A model generated the notes under the pieces. The model searched no databases. It was not told the origin of the DNA and worked only from the letters and a program-made list of their open reading frames with translations. A stretch of 64,000 bases of DNA, taken from assembly GCA_022750335.1 (NCBI GenBank), contig JAKIVX010000002.1, forward strand, positions 53,442 to 117,441, in the 5' to 3' direction. Within the stretch, counting starts at the first letter, position 1; each line of letters starts with the position of its first letter. Both the position numbers and the translations under genes were made by a program. This DNA is from Thermoplasmata archaeon (GTDB lineage: Archaea > Thermoplasmatota > Thermoplasmata > Lutacidiplasmatales > UBA184). Positions 20,156 to 30,274 of the stretch are shown here, one piece after another.

Positions 20156-21117
20156 CCGGGTCGGCCCGAACGCCGCCCCTGGCGCGGGCCATCCTCGCGG
20201 GAGACCGACGGGCGCTCGCGCAGACGATCACGGCGATTGAGAACGGCGACACACGGGTCTCCGCGACGCTGAGGGCCCTCTACCCGCACGCCGGCAGCGC
20301 CCCCGTGATCGGGCTCACCGGTCCGCTCGGTGTAGGCAAGTCGAGCCTGCTCAGCGTCCTCATCGGGCTCTTGCGGGAGCGGGGAAAGACCGTCGGGGTC
20401 GTTGCGATCGACCCTTCGAGCCCGTACACCGGGGGTTCTGTCCTCGGGGACCGGATCCGACTCGAACGAAAGGCGAACGACGACGGAGTGTTCTTCCGAT
20501 CCATGGCGAGTCGGGGCGAGGCGGGAGGGGTGGCCGCGTCCACCCGAGAGGTCGCGCGCCTCTTGGCCGCCGCCGGGTACGATGTCATCTTCGTCGAGAC
20601 GGTCGGTTCCGGCCAGGTCGACGTCGCGATCCGCGGGATCGCGACCACGAGCGTGGTCGTCCTCGTGCCCCATCTGGGGGACGAGGTCCAAACGCTCAAG
20701 GCGGGACTGTTCGAGATCGCCGACGTCTTCTGCGTCAACAAGGCCGACCTGCCCGGTGCCGACCTGGCCGCGAGGGACCTTTCCGAGCTCGTCGCCCTCG
20801 GGGCCGCGCGCGACGGCTGGGCGCCCGTCATCGTTGCGACGTCGACCACCCGACCCGCCGGGATCGAGGAACTCTGGCGGGCCATCGAAGCACACGAGCA
20901 GTTCCTCGATCAGACCGGACTCCGCGTCGCGCACGAGCGCGCCCGCCTCAGCGCGGAGATCACCGACCGGGTGAAGGACCGGGTGGGACACGAGGTCGCC
21001 GAACGCCTCGATCACGACGTCGAACTCCGTCGCCTGCTCGACCGGGTCGTCGCACGGAAGATCGATCCAGCCGGTGCGGCGGAAGAGCTCTTCCGCACGC
21101 GCTATGCGACGAGATAG
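20152..21117 (+). CDS. meaB: Mutase-associated GTPase MeaB/ArgK
   Basis: '[11 protein letters not shown]', '[17 protein letters not shown]', 'ETVG', NKAD; ATGA overlap. Confidence 0.93.
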   Translation: MTGSARTPPLARAILAGDRRALAQTITAIENGDTRVSATLRALYPHAGSAPVIGLTGPLGVGKSSLLSVLIGLLRERGKTVGVVAIDPSSPYTGGSVLGDRIRLERKANDDGVFFRSMASRGEAGGVAASTREVARLLAAAGYDVIFVETVGSGQVDVAIRGIATTSVVVLVPHLGDEVQTLKAGLFEIADVFCVNKADLPGADLAARDLSELVALGAARDGWAPVIVATSTTRPAGIEELWRAIEAHEQFLDQTGLRVAHERARLSAEITDRVKDRVGHEVAERLDHDVELRRLLDRVVARKIDPAGAAEELFRTRYATR

Positions 21118-21122
21118 GTCCG

Positions 21123-21665
21123 ATGCCCGTATCCCCGCTCCTCCTGTTGTCGCTGGTCCTTCTCGCCCTCGCGGTGCTCACGTACTTCGTGTACGCCTCG
21201 TTCGCCTTCGGCGCAGGGTATCAGCCGACCCCGCGCCGCGCGGTGCGCACCATGCTGCGCTGGGCCGAGGTGGGGCCTTCCGATACCGTCTACGACCTCG
21301 GGGCGGGGACGGGTGCGATCGTGTTCCGGGCGGCCCGCATCTATCGGGCCCAGGTGCTGGGGGTGGAGGTGGAGCCCTTGCGCTACCTCATCCTGCGGGT
21401 GCGCCGTCGTCTGGGGGCGAATGGGGACCGGATTCGGCTCGTCTGGGGAAACCTCTTCCGGCTCGATTTCCACGAAGCGACGGTGGTCACGGCCTTCCTA
21501 TGGCCGGGGGCAATGGAGCGCCTTCGGCCCAAGTTCGAATCTGAGCTACGTCCGGGCGCCCGGGTCGTCAGCCACTGCCACAAGATCCCGAACTGGCGAC
21601 CGACCCAGTACGACCCGGAGACTGACGTCTACCTCTATCGCTGGCCCGATGCGCGCGCGCCCTGA
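21123..21665 (+). CDS. Membrane-anchored class I SAM methyltransferase (FAM173/aKMT-like)
   Basis: N-terminal TM helix, 'YQPTP', 'YDLGAGTG', 'LRPGARVVSH'. Confidence 0.8.
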   Translation: MPVSPLLLLSLVLLALAVLTYFVYASFAFGAGYQPTPRRAVRTMLRWAEVGPSDTVYDLGAGTGAIVFRAARIYRAQVLGVEVEPLRYLILRVRRRLGANGDRIRLVWGNLFRLDFHEATVVTAFLWPGAMERLRPKFESELRPGARVVSHCHKIPNWRPTQYDPETDVYLYRWPDARAP

Positions 21666-21737
21666 CGGACCGCCTTCTGCCAAGTTCCGTCGGCCCAGCG
21701 GAATGCTCCGCAGACGGCGAGAGCTCCCCGTCCGCCT

Positions 21738-21869
21738 TTAGGGAATGGGGCCGCCGATCACGCCGATGATCCCGAGGTAAGCGATCGCGGTCCCGATGAT
21801 GATCGCTCCCGCGAACAAGAGGATCACGAACAGACGGGAGGGAGCGGTGGAGGGAAGAGGCGCGGACAC
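21738..21869 (-). CDS. 43-aa single-TM microprotein (not in ORF track)
   Basis: Hand translation MSAPLPSTAPSRLFVILLFAGAIIIGTAIAYLGIIGVIGGPIP*; GC3-rich codons. Confidence 0.55.
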   Translation of the reverse strand: MSAPLPSTAPSRLFVILLFAGAIIIGTAIAYLGIIGVIGGPIP

Positions 21870-22039
21870 GCCGCCTTCGATTTTCGCGGGATTGATACGG
21901 GCATCGTACGTATGTCCGCCTCCGCCACGGCACCCCGGTTACCCCCGTCGGGGGCACGCGCGGCCCCAGACCGCCTCGCGAGCGTCCCGTCGGCCTCCGA
22001 TAGGCGCAACGCGGTCGAACGAGGACCGAAGCCGCGGTT

Positions 22040-23005
22040 CTACTGAGGACCCGGGTTCCGGAAGTGGTCGGCCGACTTCTCGTGACCGACGGCTTTCTCA
22101 TCCCGCGGCGTCTTGTGGTGTTCCGCGGACTTTCCGTGGTCCACGACCTTGGCGTGCTCGGCGGACTTGGAGGGTTCCTCGGGCTTCGCTTCGGCCGTCT
22201 CCTTCGCAGGCGGCTCGTCCTTTTCCGACTCCGCGGGTTTTTCGCCCTTCTCGTGCTTTTCCGCCTTCTCGGGAGTCGGGGTGACGTACTCCTCGACCAC
22301 CTTGATGGTGTGGGGAGCGACCTGCGCGCGGATCTTGTCGATGACCCGGGGTTTCGAGGCCATCCAGGAGATGTCGAACTTGGAGCGGTCGGGCACCGTG
22401 AGTGTGACGACTTTGTCGTGGATCGTGATCTGGAACTCGGCGGCACGGCCGTACTGGAGCTCCACGATCGCCCGCACCTGGTCGACGGGCTCGGAGATGA
22501 GGTCGGTGACCTTGAACTTGCCACGGACCTTGCGACCGGAGAACGGCGGGTTGAAATCGACGCGAACCCGGGCCTGCGTGAGCGTCACGACCCGTCCCCG
22601 GCGGCCCTCGATCGTGAGGACGGTCCCGAGGTCCAGGTGGGCGTCTTCCCGCCGCATCTCGGGAAGGCGGGAGACCTCGTGCATCGAGAACAATTCGATG
22701 AGGTTGGGGTCCCGCTCGCCGAAGGCGTCGGCGGGAGCGAACTCCTTTTCGACCTCCTCTCCCACCTTGAGTCCCACGAGGGCACTTTCAATGCCGGTGG
22801 GGAAATAATCGCCACCGATCAGGTGGGGGCGGGGTCCCCAGGACGTGCCGGCCGTCGCGGGAACGTTGGCGGTCTGAGCGACCTCTTCATGGGTCGTGTC
22901 GATGAGGTCGGTCCGCCCTCCTCCTTCGGCCCACAGGTCGTAGTCCAGTCGAACCAGGTGCCCGGTTTGGGCGGCCCCGTGGTGCTTGGAGGTCTCGGAT
23001 GGCAT
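22040..23005 (-). CDS. Long-type archaeal FKBP peptidyl-prolyl isomerase with acidic/His-containing tail
   Basis: 'LIDTTHEEVA', 'PADAFGERDP', 'RVRVDFNPPFSG'. Confidence 0.88.
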   Translation of the reverse strand: MPSETSKHHGAAQTGHLVRLDYDLWAEGGGRTDLIDTTHEEVAQTANVPATAGTSWGPRPHLIGGDYFPTGIESALVGLKVGEEVEKEFAPADAFGERDPNLIELFSMHEVSRLPEMRREDAHLDLGTVLTIEGRRGRVVTLTQARVRVDFNPPFSGRKVRGKFKVTDLISEPVDQVRAIVELQYGRAAEFQITIHDKVVTLTVPDRSKFDISWMASKPRVIDKIRAQVAPHTIKVVEEYVTPTPEKAEKHEKGEKPAESEKDEPPAKETAEAKPEEPSKSAEHAKVVDHGKSAEHHKTPRDEKAVGHEKSADHFRNPGPQ

Positions 23006-23084
23006 GGCCCCGCCGAATCGGGCGGTCGCTTAAGGTTTGCTCGAGAGTGGCGCCCCCGCTCGAGAGGGGAACGGCAGGTTCGCC

Positions 23085-23933
23085 CTAGGGCTCGGGCTCC
23101 GGGTTGGGGAGGATGACGCGCCACTTCCGGACGCGGCTCCATCGGAGTCGGGCGTGGACGAGCGCGACTGGTTTCATCGCCGCTTCCACGAATCGAAGCG
23201 GGTGACGGACCGGAGGACGACGTTCCCCGAGGCGATGCCCGAGCTCCTGGTTCTTGAGGAGCGACATCGCCATCGCGACGAGGTAGCGGTACCGCTTTCG
23301 GGCCCAGGGAACGAATCCCGGGTCCGCCCCAGGCTGGTGGTACACCCAGGCGTCGGGCACGAACGTCCCCCGCAAACCCGCTCGAACGGCCCGAGACTCG
23401 ACGTCGTGGTCCTCGGCGAAGGGAATGCGGGGGTCAAATCCAAGCCGACTCAGGGCCGGAGTGCGCCACGCGGAGTTCTGGAGCGGTAGGTAGGTCACGT
23501 GGGCGGGGACGAGGTCTTCGTAGATCGAGCGCTCGAGCAGCTCCATGTACCGTTCGATCGAATTGTTCGGGGGGCGCGCCGGTCGAGTCGGTCCTCCGCT
23601 AAAATCGGCCGTCCCCGCTTCCAGAGGAGCGACCAGTCGTTCCAGCCACTCGGGGGGTGCGGTCTCGTCGGAATCGAGGAACACCGTGAGATCCTCCCGG
23701 ATCAGGAGTTGCGCCCCGGCCCGCGCATCGACCACGCCTCCGGGGAACCGGGCGATCTCGATCGTCAGTTCGGGATGGGCGGATCGGGCGCCACGGAGGA
23801 ATTCGGGAGGGGACCGGGTGGACGCCGCGAGGAGGATCCGGTCGGGCTTCCGGTGCTGCCGCGCGAGCGACGCGAGTGCGTCGATCAGGCGGGGATCGTC
23901 GCGCACCGCGATCTCGACGCAGACAGAACCCAT
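23085..23933 (-). CDS. Glycosyltransferase family 2
   Basis: 'VFLDSDE' DxD motif, 'FAEDHD'. Confidence 0.85.
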   Translation of the reverse strand: MGSVCVEIAVRDDPRLIDALASLARQHRKPDRILLAASTRSPPEFLRGARSAHPELTIEIARFPGGVVDARAGAQLLIREDLTVFLDSDETAPPEWLERLVAPLEAGTADFSGGPTRPARPPNNSIERYMELLERSIYEDLVPAHVTYLPLQNSAWRTPALSRLGFDPRIPFAEDHDVESRAVRAGLRGTFVPDAWVYHQPGADPGFVPWARKRYRYLVAMAMSLLKNQELGHRLGERRPPVRHPLRFVEAAMKPVALVHARLRWSRVRKWRVILPNPEPEP

Positions 23934-24010
23934 CGACGGCTTCTCGGGCGGGCAGCCCTTCCGTGCCCTATTCCCCCAAGTCCTTAATCTCACGGCCCGG
24001 TAGGTAGGAC

Positions 24011-25054
24011 GTGCGGGTCGTCCTCATCGGTGGGGGAGTCCAACCCATCCCCCCGACGGGTTACGGCGCGGTCGAACGGATCCTCGCAGATTTCCAGGCA
24101 GCCCTGATCGCCGCGGGTCATTCCGCCGTGGTCGTCAATCGCGTCCGCCATCGGCGGATGCGGGACGAGTACCCGTTCGCCCTCGAGCTGCCGGGCCTCC
24201 TCCGTGGGCTCGAGTACGACGTGCTCCACGCGAACACCCCCGTCGTCGGAAATCGGCTCGCCGGCCGCGGACTCCCGTTCGTCTACACCTCCCACTCGCG
24301 CCATTGGTTCTTCCGAGAGCAGCTCTCGCACCGGTGGGGCTATTGGCTGGAACGACGAGCCGTGCGACGGGCCACGGCCGTCGTGGCGCTCACCGAACGA
24401 TTGGCGCAAACGATGCGGACGACCGTGCCCTCTCCCCGACCGTTGCCGATCTCCGTCATCCCCTTTGGAGTGGACGCGGACCGGTTCTCTCCCGACTGGC
24501 CCTCCCGGACCGGCCGGCGAGCGCTCGGCGTGGGGGTCGTCCTCCCCTTCAAGCGGTGGGAGCTGGCTGCCCGAGCCTTGCGCGGAACCGGGATCCACCT
24601 CCGGATCGCGGGCCCCCAACCTTCGGAGACGTATGCGGCTTCCCTGCGTCGGGCCGGAGACTCCGTCGAACTTCTCGGCGAAGTGGACGACGCCTCCCTC
24701 CGGAAGCTGTACGCCGAGAGCGACTTCCTGATCCACCCCAGTGCGGTCGAGGTCCTCTCCGCCACCGTCCTGCAGGCTCTGGCCGCCGGACTACCCGTGC
24801 TCGGAGGGGGCGCCGTGGAGAGCGTCATCGAGAACGGCCGTACCGGTTGGGCCGTGCCGGATCGGGAATCGATCTCGTTCACCCAGGGCCTCCGCGAGCA
24901 TGCCCTCGACCTGAGCGCCAGCGAGCCTACCCGGCGGGCGATGGGGGAGCAGGCTCGTGCGGTGGCGCGGGAAACGTACTCGTGGCCGCGCGTGGTCGCG
25001 GCGCACCTCGCGGTCTACCAGGGCGTCGTCGGGGAACGTTCTAGGACGCCCTGA
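24011..25054 (+). CDS. Glycosyltransferase family 4
   Basis: 'PPTGYGAVER', GT-B pattern 'PSAVEVLSATVLQALAAGLPV'. Confidence 0.88.
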   Translation: MRVVLIGGGVQPIPPTGYGAVERILADFQAALIAAGHSAVVVNRVRHRRMRDEYPFALELPGLLRGLEYDVLHANTPVVGNRLAGRGLPFVYTSHSRHWFFREQLSHRWGYWLERRAVRRATAVVALTERLAQTMRTTVPSPRPLPISVIPFGVDADRFSPDWPSRTGRRALGVGVVLPFKRWELAARALRGTGIHLRIAGPQPSETYAASLRRAGDSVELLGEVDDASLRKLYAESDFLIHPSAVEVLSATVLQALAAGLPVLGGGAVESVIENGRTGWAVPDRESISFTQGLREHALDLSASEPTRRAMGEQARAVARETYSWPRVVAAHLAVYQGVVGERSRTP

Positions 25055-25988
25055 GGAGTTCAGCGATCGTCCGATCGATGGCCGCCGCACTCGTGTGCTG
25101 GGGCGACCAACCCAGCCGACCGATCTTCGCTATCGACAGCAGCTGTTGAGGCACGTCTCCGGTCCAGCCGCGGTCTCCGCCCGTGTACTCGATGCGGGCG
25201 CGGCCCCCTGTCGCCGCCACGACCTTTTCCGCGATCGTTCGCACGCTGATCTGGTCGGCGGCTCCGAGGTTGAAGATGTTTACGCGTTCGTGGGCGCGAT
25301 CCCCTGCGAGGAGCATCCCCCCCACGCAGTCCTCGGTCCGCAGGTAGCTCTTGGCTTGCCGTCCGTCCCCCAGCACCTCGAGTCGGAGCGGGGTCCGGCC
25401 GAGCTTGGCGAGGAAATCGGGGAGGATGCCGTGGTCCATGCCCGGTCCGATGATGTTCGCGAAACGAAAGATGTGGACCTGCATCCCGTACGAGTGCGCG
25501 TAGGCGGAGAGCAGGCCTTCGGAGGCGAGTTTACCAGCCGCGTATTGGGACTCGGGACACAGGGGCCCGTACTCCTCGGGCGTGGGAAAGACCGTCGCCT
25601 GGCCGTAGATGACGCTGGAGGAGGAGAACAGGATCCGAGGGACGTCGTGGCGGCGGGCGGCTTCGAGGAGATGGAAGGTCGCGAGGGTGCCATTCTCGAG
25701 GTCGACGGACGGGTCCGCCGTCCCCTTGCGGATATCCGGGTTGGCCGCGATGTGCCAGACCTGCGCCACTCCGCGCAGTTGGTCCTGGAATTCGACCGGG
25801 CGGCGAAGGTCCGCGACCGTGAGCGTCACCTTCGGTGAGGTGGTCAGCCGGTCCGCGCGGCCCGAAGAGAGGTTGTCGATGACCCGCACCTCTTCCCCCC
25901 GGGCGACGAGGGCCTTCACGAGGTTGCTGCCGATGGCTCCGGCCCCTCCCGTCACGAGGCTCGGCCCGACTCGATCGGGAGGCGTCAC
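25041..25988 (-). CDS. NAD-dependent nucleotide-sugar epimerase/dehydratase
   Basis: 'VTGGAGAIG', YAAGK catalytic motif, 'GDGRQAKSY'. Confidence 0.9.
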   Translation of the reverse strand: MTPPDRVGPSLVTGGAGAIGSNLVKALVARGEEVRVIDNLSSGRADRLTTSPKVTLTVADLRRPVEFQDQLRGVAQVWHIAANPDIRKGTADPSVDLENGTLATFHLLEAARRHDVPRILFSSSSVIYGQATVFPTPEEYGPLCPESQYAAGKLASEGLLSAYAHSYGMQVHIFRFANIIGPGMDHGILPDFLAKLGRTPLRLEVLGDGRQAKSYLRTEDCVGGMLLAGDRAHERVNIFNLGAADQISVRTIAEKVVAATGGRARIEYTGGDRGWTGDVPQQLLSIAKIGRLGWSPQHTSAAAIDRTIAELLRAS

Positions 25989-26068
25989 GAGGGAAGAACC
26001 ACTCAGGGAAGCATATATAAATGGAGGGCCGCCTAAACAGGCCTACCGCTGCCTCTGCGGGACCCCCA

Positions 26069-26293
26069 ATGCGCACCTACGTACGGATGACCTTCCACTC
26101 CGAGGGCGCGGACCCCACGAAGGTACTCGCAGCGATGCGTTCCGTCGGGTTCGAGGAGTCCATGGGGATGCACGATTTCGTGTTCCGATGGAGGGACAAG
26201 GCGACATTGGATGACGTCATCCGGCTGGTCACCGAAATGCACGAACGATTGAAGGGTCTCGACGTGAACTACGAAATCACGACCATTTCGTGA
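26069..26293 (+). CDS. Small hypothetical protein, possible ferredoxin-like fold
   Basis: 74 aa 'MRTYVRMTFHSEGADP...'; TATATAAA box at about 26014. Confidence 0.7.
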   Translation: MRTYVRMTFHSEGADPTKVLAAMRSVGFEESMGMHDFVFRWRDKATLDDVIRLVTEMHERLKGLDVNYEITTIS

Positions 26294-26309
26294 TCCGGAC
26301 CTTTTACTG

Positions 26310-26696
26310 ATGCCGCGCGAGGAGCTCACCCGAATCGAGCGTCTGCTCCTGGTGCATCTCTTGGACCATCGCGGGAACCAGGTCCGGTTCGAGGCCGATC
26401 AGTGGACCACCGAGTTCGGGATCGCACGCAAGTTTGCCGGCGAGGACCCGGGGGACCTGAAGAACGCCATGCGAACGCTCGAGATGGGACGGATGATCTA
26501 CCGACGCACCCAGTACGTGGTCGGGTACTCCGAACCCAAGCATGTACTCTCCCTCACCGCGACCGGTCATCGGATGGCGATCGAGGTGCAGCGCGACGAA
26601 CTTGCCTCCCCGCCGGAGGCGATGACTCCGGAGGCACCCGCCACCGCAGCCAGCGCCGGATCCACCGCCGGTCGGGAAACGCGCCACCGATCATAG
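26310..26696 (+). CDS. Winged-helix-like protein
   Basis: 'ERLLLVHLL...TEFGIA...LSLTATG' resembles a wHTH wing. Confidence 0.6.
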   Translation: MPREELTRIERLLLVHLLDHRGNQVRFEADQWTTEFGIARKFAGEDPGDLKNAMRTLEMGRMIYRRTQYVVGYSEPKHVLSLTATGHRMAIEVQRDELASPPEAMTPEAPATAASAGSTAGRETRHRS

Positions 26697-26710
26697 GGGC
26701 GATCCCTCCG

Positions 26711-27253
26711 TTGCACGGACCGAAGGTGCGGCTGCGTCCGCCCGTTCCCTCCGATTATCCCACGCTCTACTCCTGGTTCAGTAATCCGGAGATCGTCGCG
26801 CCGTACGACCGATTCCTCTCCGAGAGCTACGACGGGTTCGTTCGGTCCATGGCGGTGCCGGACAACGACCCGACCTCCCTCGCCCCCCGGTTCGTGGTCG
26901 AACGCTCAGGCGCCCCGGGACCGGTGGGGGTCGTGGGCCACTTCTCCCCCCACCCCGTCCTCGAGACCGTGGAGGTCTGGTACATCATCGGCGACCCGGC
27001 AGTACGGGGGCAGGGGCTCGGCCGGGAAGCGGTGCAGTTGTTGACCGATCATCTGTTTCGCTCCACCTCTGTCGAACGGGTCGGAGCGACCTGTGACGTG
27101 GAGAATACCCCCTCATCCCGATTGGTAGAGGGCCTCGGATTCCGACGAGAGGGAACCCTGCAGGGTGCCTTCTATCACCACGCGCGGTGGCACGACGTCC
27201 ACCTCTACGGGGTCACTCGGGAGGAGTGGTCGCGCCGGGCCGCGCCAACGTGA
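26711..27253 (+). CDS. RimJ/RimL-family GNAT acetyltransferase
   Basis: 'VRLRP', 'RGQGLG', 'ENTPSSRLVEGLGFRREG'; TTG start estimated. Confidence 0.85.
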   Translation: MHGPKVRLRPPVPSDYPTLYSWFSNPEIVAPYDRFLSESYDGFVRSMAVPDNDPTSLAPRFVVERSGAPGPVGVVGHFSPHPVLETVEVWYIIGDPAVRGQGLGREAVQLLTDHLFRSTSVERVGATCDVENTPSSRLVEGLGFRREGTLQGAFYHHARWHDVHLYGVTREEWSRRAAPT

Positions 27254-27968
27254 ATCCGACGCGACTCCCCCCACCGGACGCGACCGTAGGAACCGTCCAT
27301 CGGACCTCTCCGATCTCGGCCGTCGACCGGACGTGGGTCCCCCCACACGGGCACGAATCCTCCCCGTCGACCTCGATGACCCGCACCGGATCGACGTGGG
27401 GCGGAAGTGGAACGAGGCCGGAGCGGCCGGCGACAGGGAGCGCGTCCCACTCGGCCCGCGGCACGTGGCGGATCCTCACCGACCGAGGCCGCCGGACGAT
27501 CTCGACCAGGTCCAATTGGATCAATTCCAGGGCGGGCGTACGTACCTCCCCCTCCAGGTCGATGGTCGCCTCCATGCCGCGGAGCACGGCTTTGCGCGTC
27601 CGAAGACCGGTTCGTTCGAACGTTCGGGCGCTCAGCAGGTGCTGACCGGTGTGCAGTCGCATGTGCTGATGCCGTCGGTCCCAATCCACGAGACCCTCCA
27701 CCTCGGCGCCGAGGGGGAAGGAAGACCGCTGGCCCGGGAGAGCCCGAGTCCGGTGGAGGACGGCCGGCCCGCTCTTGGTTACATCGACGACCGGAACCGT
27801 CGTGTCGCCCTGACGGAGGGTTCCATGGTCGGCCGGTTGGCCCCCTCCGGCCGGGTAGAAGTACGTACGGTCAAGGACGAGGCCACCGGGCGGGAGCGCC
27901 ACGACTCGCGCACGGAACGACCGGACATACGCCGACGCCATGTCGGCGAGGTAGGCGAGTTCGGTCAC
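27213..27968 (-). CDS. alaX: AlaX alanyl-tRNA editing protein
   Basis: 'FYPAGGGQPAD', 'MRLHTGQHLL', 'CPCGGTHV'. Confidence 0.92.
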   Translation of the reverse strand: MTELAYLADMASAYVRSFRARVVALPPGGLVLDRTYFYPAGGGQPADHGTLRQGDTTVPVVDVTKSGPAVLHRTRALPGQRSSFPLGAEVEGLVDWDRRHQHMRLHTGQHLLSARTFERTGLRTRKAVLRGMEATIDLEGEVRTPALELIQLDLVEIVRRPRSVRIRHVPRAEWDALPVAGRSGLVPLPPHVDPVRVIEVDGEDSCPCGGTHVRSTAEIGEVRWTVPTVASGGGSRVGFTLARPGATTPPE

Positions 27969-28184
27969 GTCCGACGAACCTTCTGCAGGGAATAACCGCT
28001 CGCGCGTCGCCGCGGGCCCCGTTCGGACCCGATTCAATACTCGGGGAACCGTGAAGAGCGGCGTCCCTTAGAGTCGGATGGACGGGCCCCGGCCGCCCGC
28101 CTGCGAGGGCCTTTCACCGAGAGGGCGAAGGCGCGCTCAGGGAACCTTTTTAGATAGGACCGATGTCAGGCGCCGAGGCTTACG

Positions 28185-28913
28185 ATGTTCAAGGTTCGCA
28201 TCAAGATGGAGAACCTCCGCGAGGTCGTCGAGGTTGTCTCCACGCTCGTCACCGAGGTCAAGCTTTCTGTCTCGAAGGAAGGGCTCGAGGCCAAGGCGGT
28301 GGACCCGTCCCATGTCGCGATGTTGGTCCTCAAGCTTAACAAGGGGATCTTCGAGGAGTTCACCGGAGAACCGACCGAAGTCGGGGTGGACATCGACAAG
28401 CTGAAGGAAGTGTTGCGGCTCTCCAAACCCGGGGACATCATCGAACTCCAGTTCGACGGCAAGCGCCTCATCGCGTCCGTCGGGAGGCTCACTCGGCAGA
28501 TGGCCGTGGTCGACCCGGCCGGCATCACCGACCCCAAGGTCCCGAACGTCACCCCTCCCGCGAGCGTCACGGTGAAGATGGAGGACCTCCGCCAGGGAAT
28601 CCGGGGCAGTGAGAGCTTCACCGACCACGTCACCCTGAGCGTCGACCCCGAGGCCTTCACGATGCATTCCGAAGGAGACACCGACCGGCTCGACCTGCGT
28701 CTCCCCAAGGACGCCTTGAGCAAGCTCGAGGTCAAGGAAGCGGTGAAGAGCATGTATCCGCTCGACTTCTTCTCGGCGATGGTCAAGGCGATCACCGCCG
28801 AGGAAGCGACGCTCCACGTCGGGAACGAGTACCCGCTCAAGATCGAATTCTCGATGGGCACGGGTCGCGGCGAAGGGCGCTACCTCCTCGCACCGCGGGT
28901 CGAAGAGGATTAG
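28185..28913 (+). CDS. pcn: PCNA sliding clamp
   Basis: 'AVDPSHVAM', C-terminal 'YLLAPRVE'. Confidence 0.95.
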   Translation: MFKVRIKMENLREVVEVVSTLVTEVKLSVSKEGLEAKAVDPSHVAMLVLKLNKGIFEEFTGEPTEVGVDIDKLKEVLRLSKPGDIIELQFDGKRLIASVGRLTRQMAVVDPAGITDPKVPNVTPPASVTVKMEDLRQGIRGSESFTDHVTLSVDPEAFTMHSEGDTDRLDLRLPKDALSKLEVKEAVKSMYPLDFFSAMVKAITAEEATLHVGNEYPLKIEFSMGTGRGEGRYLLAPRVEED

Positions 28914-28984
28914 GACGATTCACGCGGGCCGCCCCGCCTGAAACCGCCCGCAGACCTCTTAATCGGCGTCCCGGTGTTCTACCG

Positions 28985-30190
28985 ATGTCCTCCCCTCCTG
29001 AGCACGCCGTCGCGATCCTTTCCGCCGTCCGAACTCCGATTGGCGCCTACGGGGGAGCGCTGCGGACCGTTCCGGCGACCGCCCTCGGGACCCTCGTCGC
29101 GACCGCCGCGATCGAACGGGCGGGGCTCGCTCCCGCCGAGGTCGAGGAGGTTCTCTTCGGGATGGCCATCCAGGCCGGAGCCGGCCAGAACCCGGGACGA
29201 CAGGTGCTCCGCGGGGCCCACATCCCGGATCCCGTGGGCGGGGCGACCATCAACATGGTATGCGGTTCGGGGATGAAGGCCCTGCACCTCGGATACGCGG
29301 TCATCCGCGCGGGCCTCTTCGACCGGGTCCTGGTCGGCGGGATGGAGTCGATGTCGAGCGCCCCCTACTTGCTTCCCGGTGCGATGCGCTGGGCCCACCC
29401 ACCGGGACCCTACACGCTCGATGACGCCATGCAACGGGATTCACTCATCGACGCCTACGAGGGCCACGAGTTGATGGGGCTCACGGGCGAGCGGATCGCC
29501 CATAAATTCCATCTCACCCGCGCCGAGATCGACGCCTTCGGCCTTCGGAGCCACTTGCGGGCGTCGGCCGCCGTGCGCGATGCCACGTTCGACCCGGAGA
29601 TGGTCCCCGTGCCGCGGGAGCTCGTGCCGGGCCTGGAAGGACTCGCTCGGGATGAGAGTCCTCGGGCCGATACCACTCTGGAGAAGCTGGCTCGCTTGAA
29701 ACCTGCGTTCGCCGCGGACGGATTGCTCACCGCGGGTACCACCTCTCGCCTCTCGGACGGGGGCTCCGCCTTGGTGCTGGCGAGCGCGGCCGAGGTCCAC
29801 CGTCGGGGCGCCAAGCCGCTCGCGTGGGTCCATTCCCTCGCCGAGAGCGGGGTCCATCCGCGGGATGTCATGGAATCCCCGATCCCGACCGTGAAGCGCC
29901 ACCTCGAACGGACGGGACTCCGCCCCTCCGACTTCGACCGGGTCGAACACAACGAGGCCTACGCCTCCGCCTCGCTGGCCGTCCAGCGCACGTTCGGGTT
30001 CACGGAGGAGCAGTTCAACGTACACGGAGGGGCCATCGCGCTCGGCCACCCCATCGGGGCGAGCGGCGCACGGATCGTGACCACGCTCGTCCACGAGCTT
30101 GTCCGCTCCGGAAAATCCCTCGGACTCGCAACCCTGTGCATGGGAGGCGGCAACGGGCTTTCCCTGGCCGTCGACCGTGAGGGTCTCTAG
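28985..30190 (+). CDS. Acetyl-CoA C-acyltransferase (classical thiolase)
   Basis: 'NMVCGSG', 'HNEAY', 'GHPIGASG', 'LCMGGG'. Confidence 0.93.
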   Translation: MSSPPEHAVAILSAVRTPIGAYGGALRTVPATALGTLVATAAIERAGLAPAEVEEVLFGMAIQAGAGQNPGRQVLRGAHIPDPVGGATINMVCGSGMKALHLGYAVIRAGLFDRVLVGGMESMSSAPYLLPGAMRWAHPPGPYTLDDAMQRDSLIDAYEGHELMGLTGERIAHKFHLTRAEIDAFGLRSHLRASAAVRDATFDPEMVPVPRELVPGLEGLARDESPRADTTLEKLARLKPAFAADGLLTAGTTSRLSDGGSALVLASAAEVHRRGAKPLAWVHSLAESGVHPRDVMESPIPTVKRHLERTGLRPSDFDRVEHNEAYASASLAVQRTFGFTEEQFNVHGGAIALGHPIGASGARIVTTLVHELVRSGKSLGLATLCMGGGNGLSLAVDREGL

Positions 30191-30274
30191 ACGCGGCCCA
30201 CTTCGCGGCGCGCCGGGCGCGTTCCCGCCGGCCTCTTCGCAAGCGTTAACAACCCGACGATTGGTCCCCCGCCG

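Noticed and set aside
19003..21117. 704-aa ORF read as a MeaB fusion protein
   Set aside because: The upstream part overlaps the prepilin peptidase and mutase subunit in other frames; the ATG at 20152 overlapping the previous stop is the better start.
28040..28140. Possible structured ncRNA between alaX and PCNA
   Set aside because: Only short GC-rich pairings; no SRP, RNase P or C/D box signature recognised.
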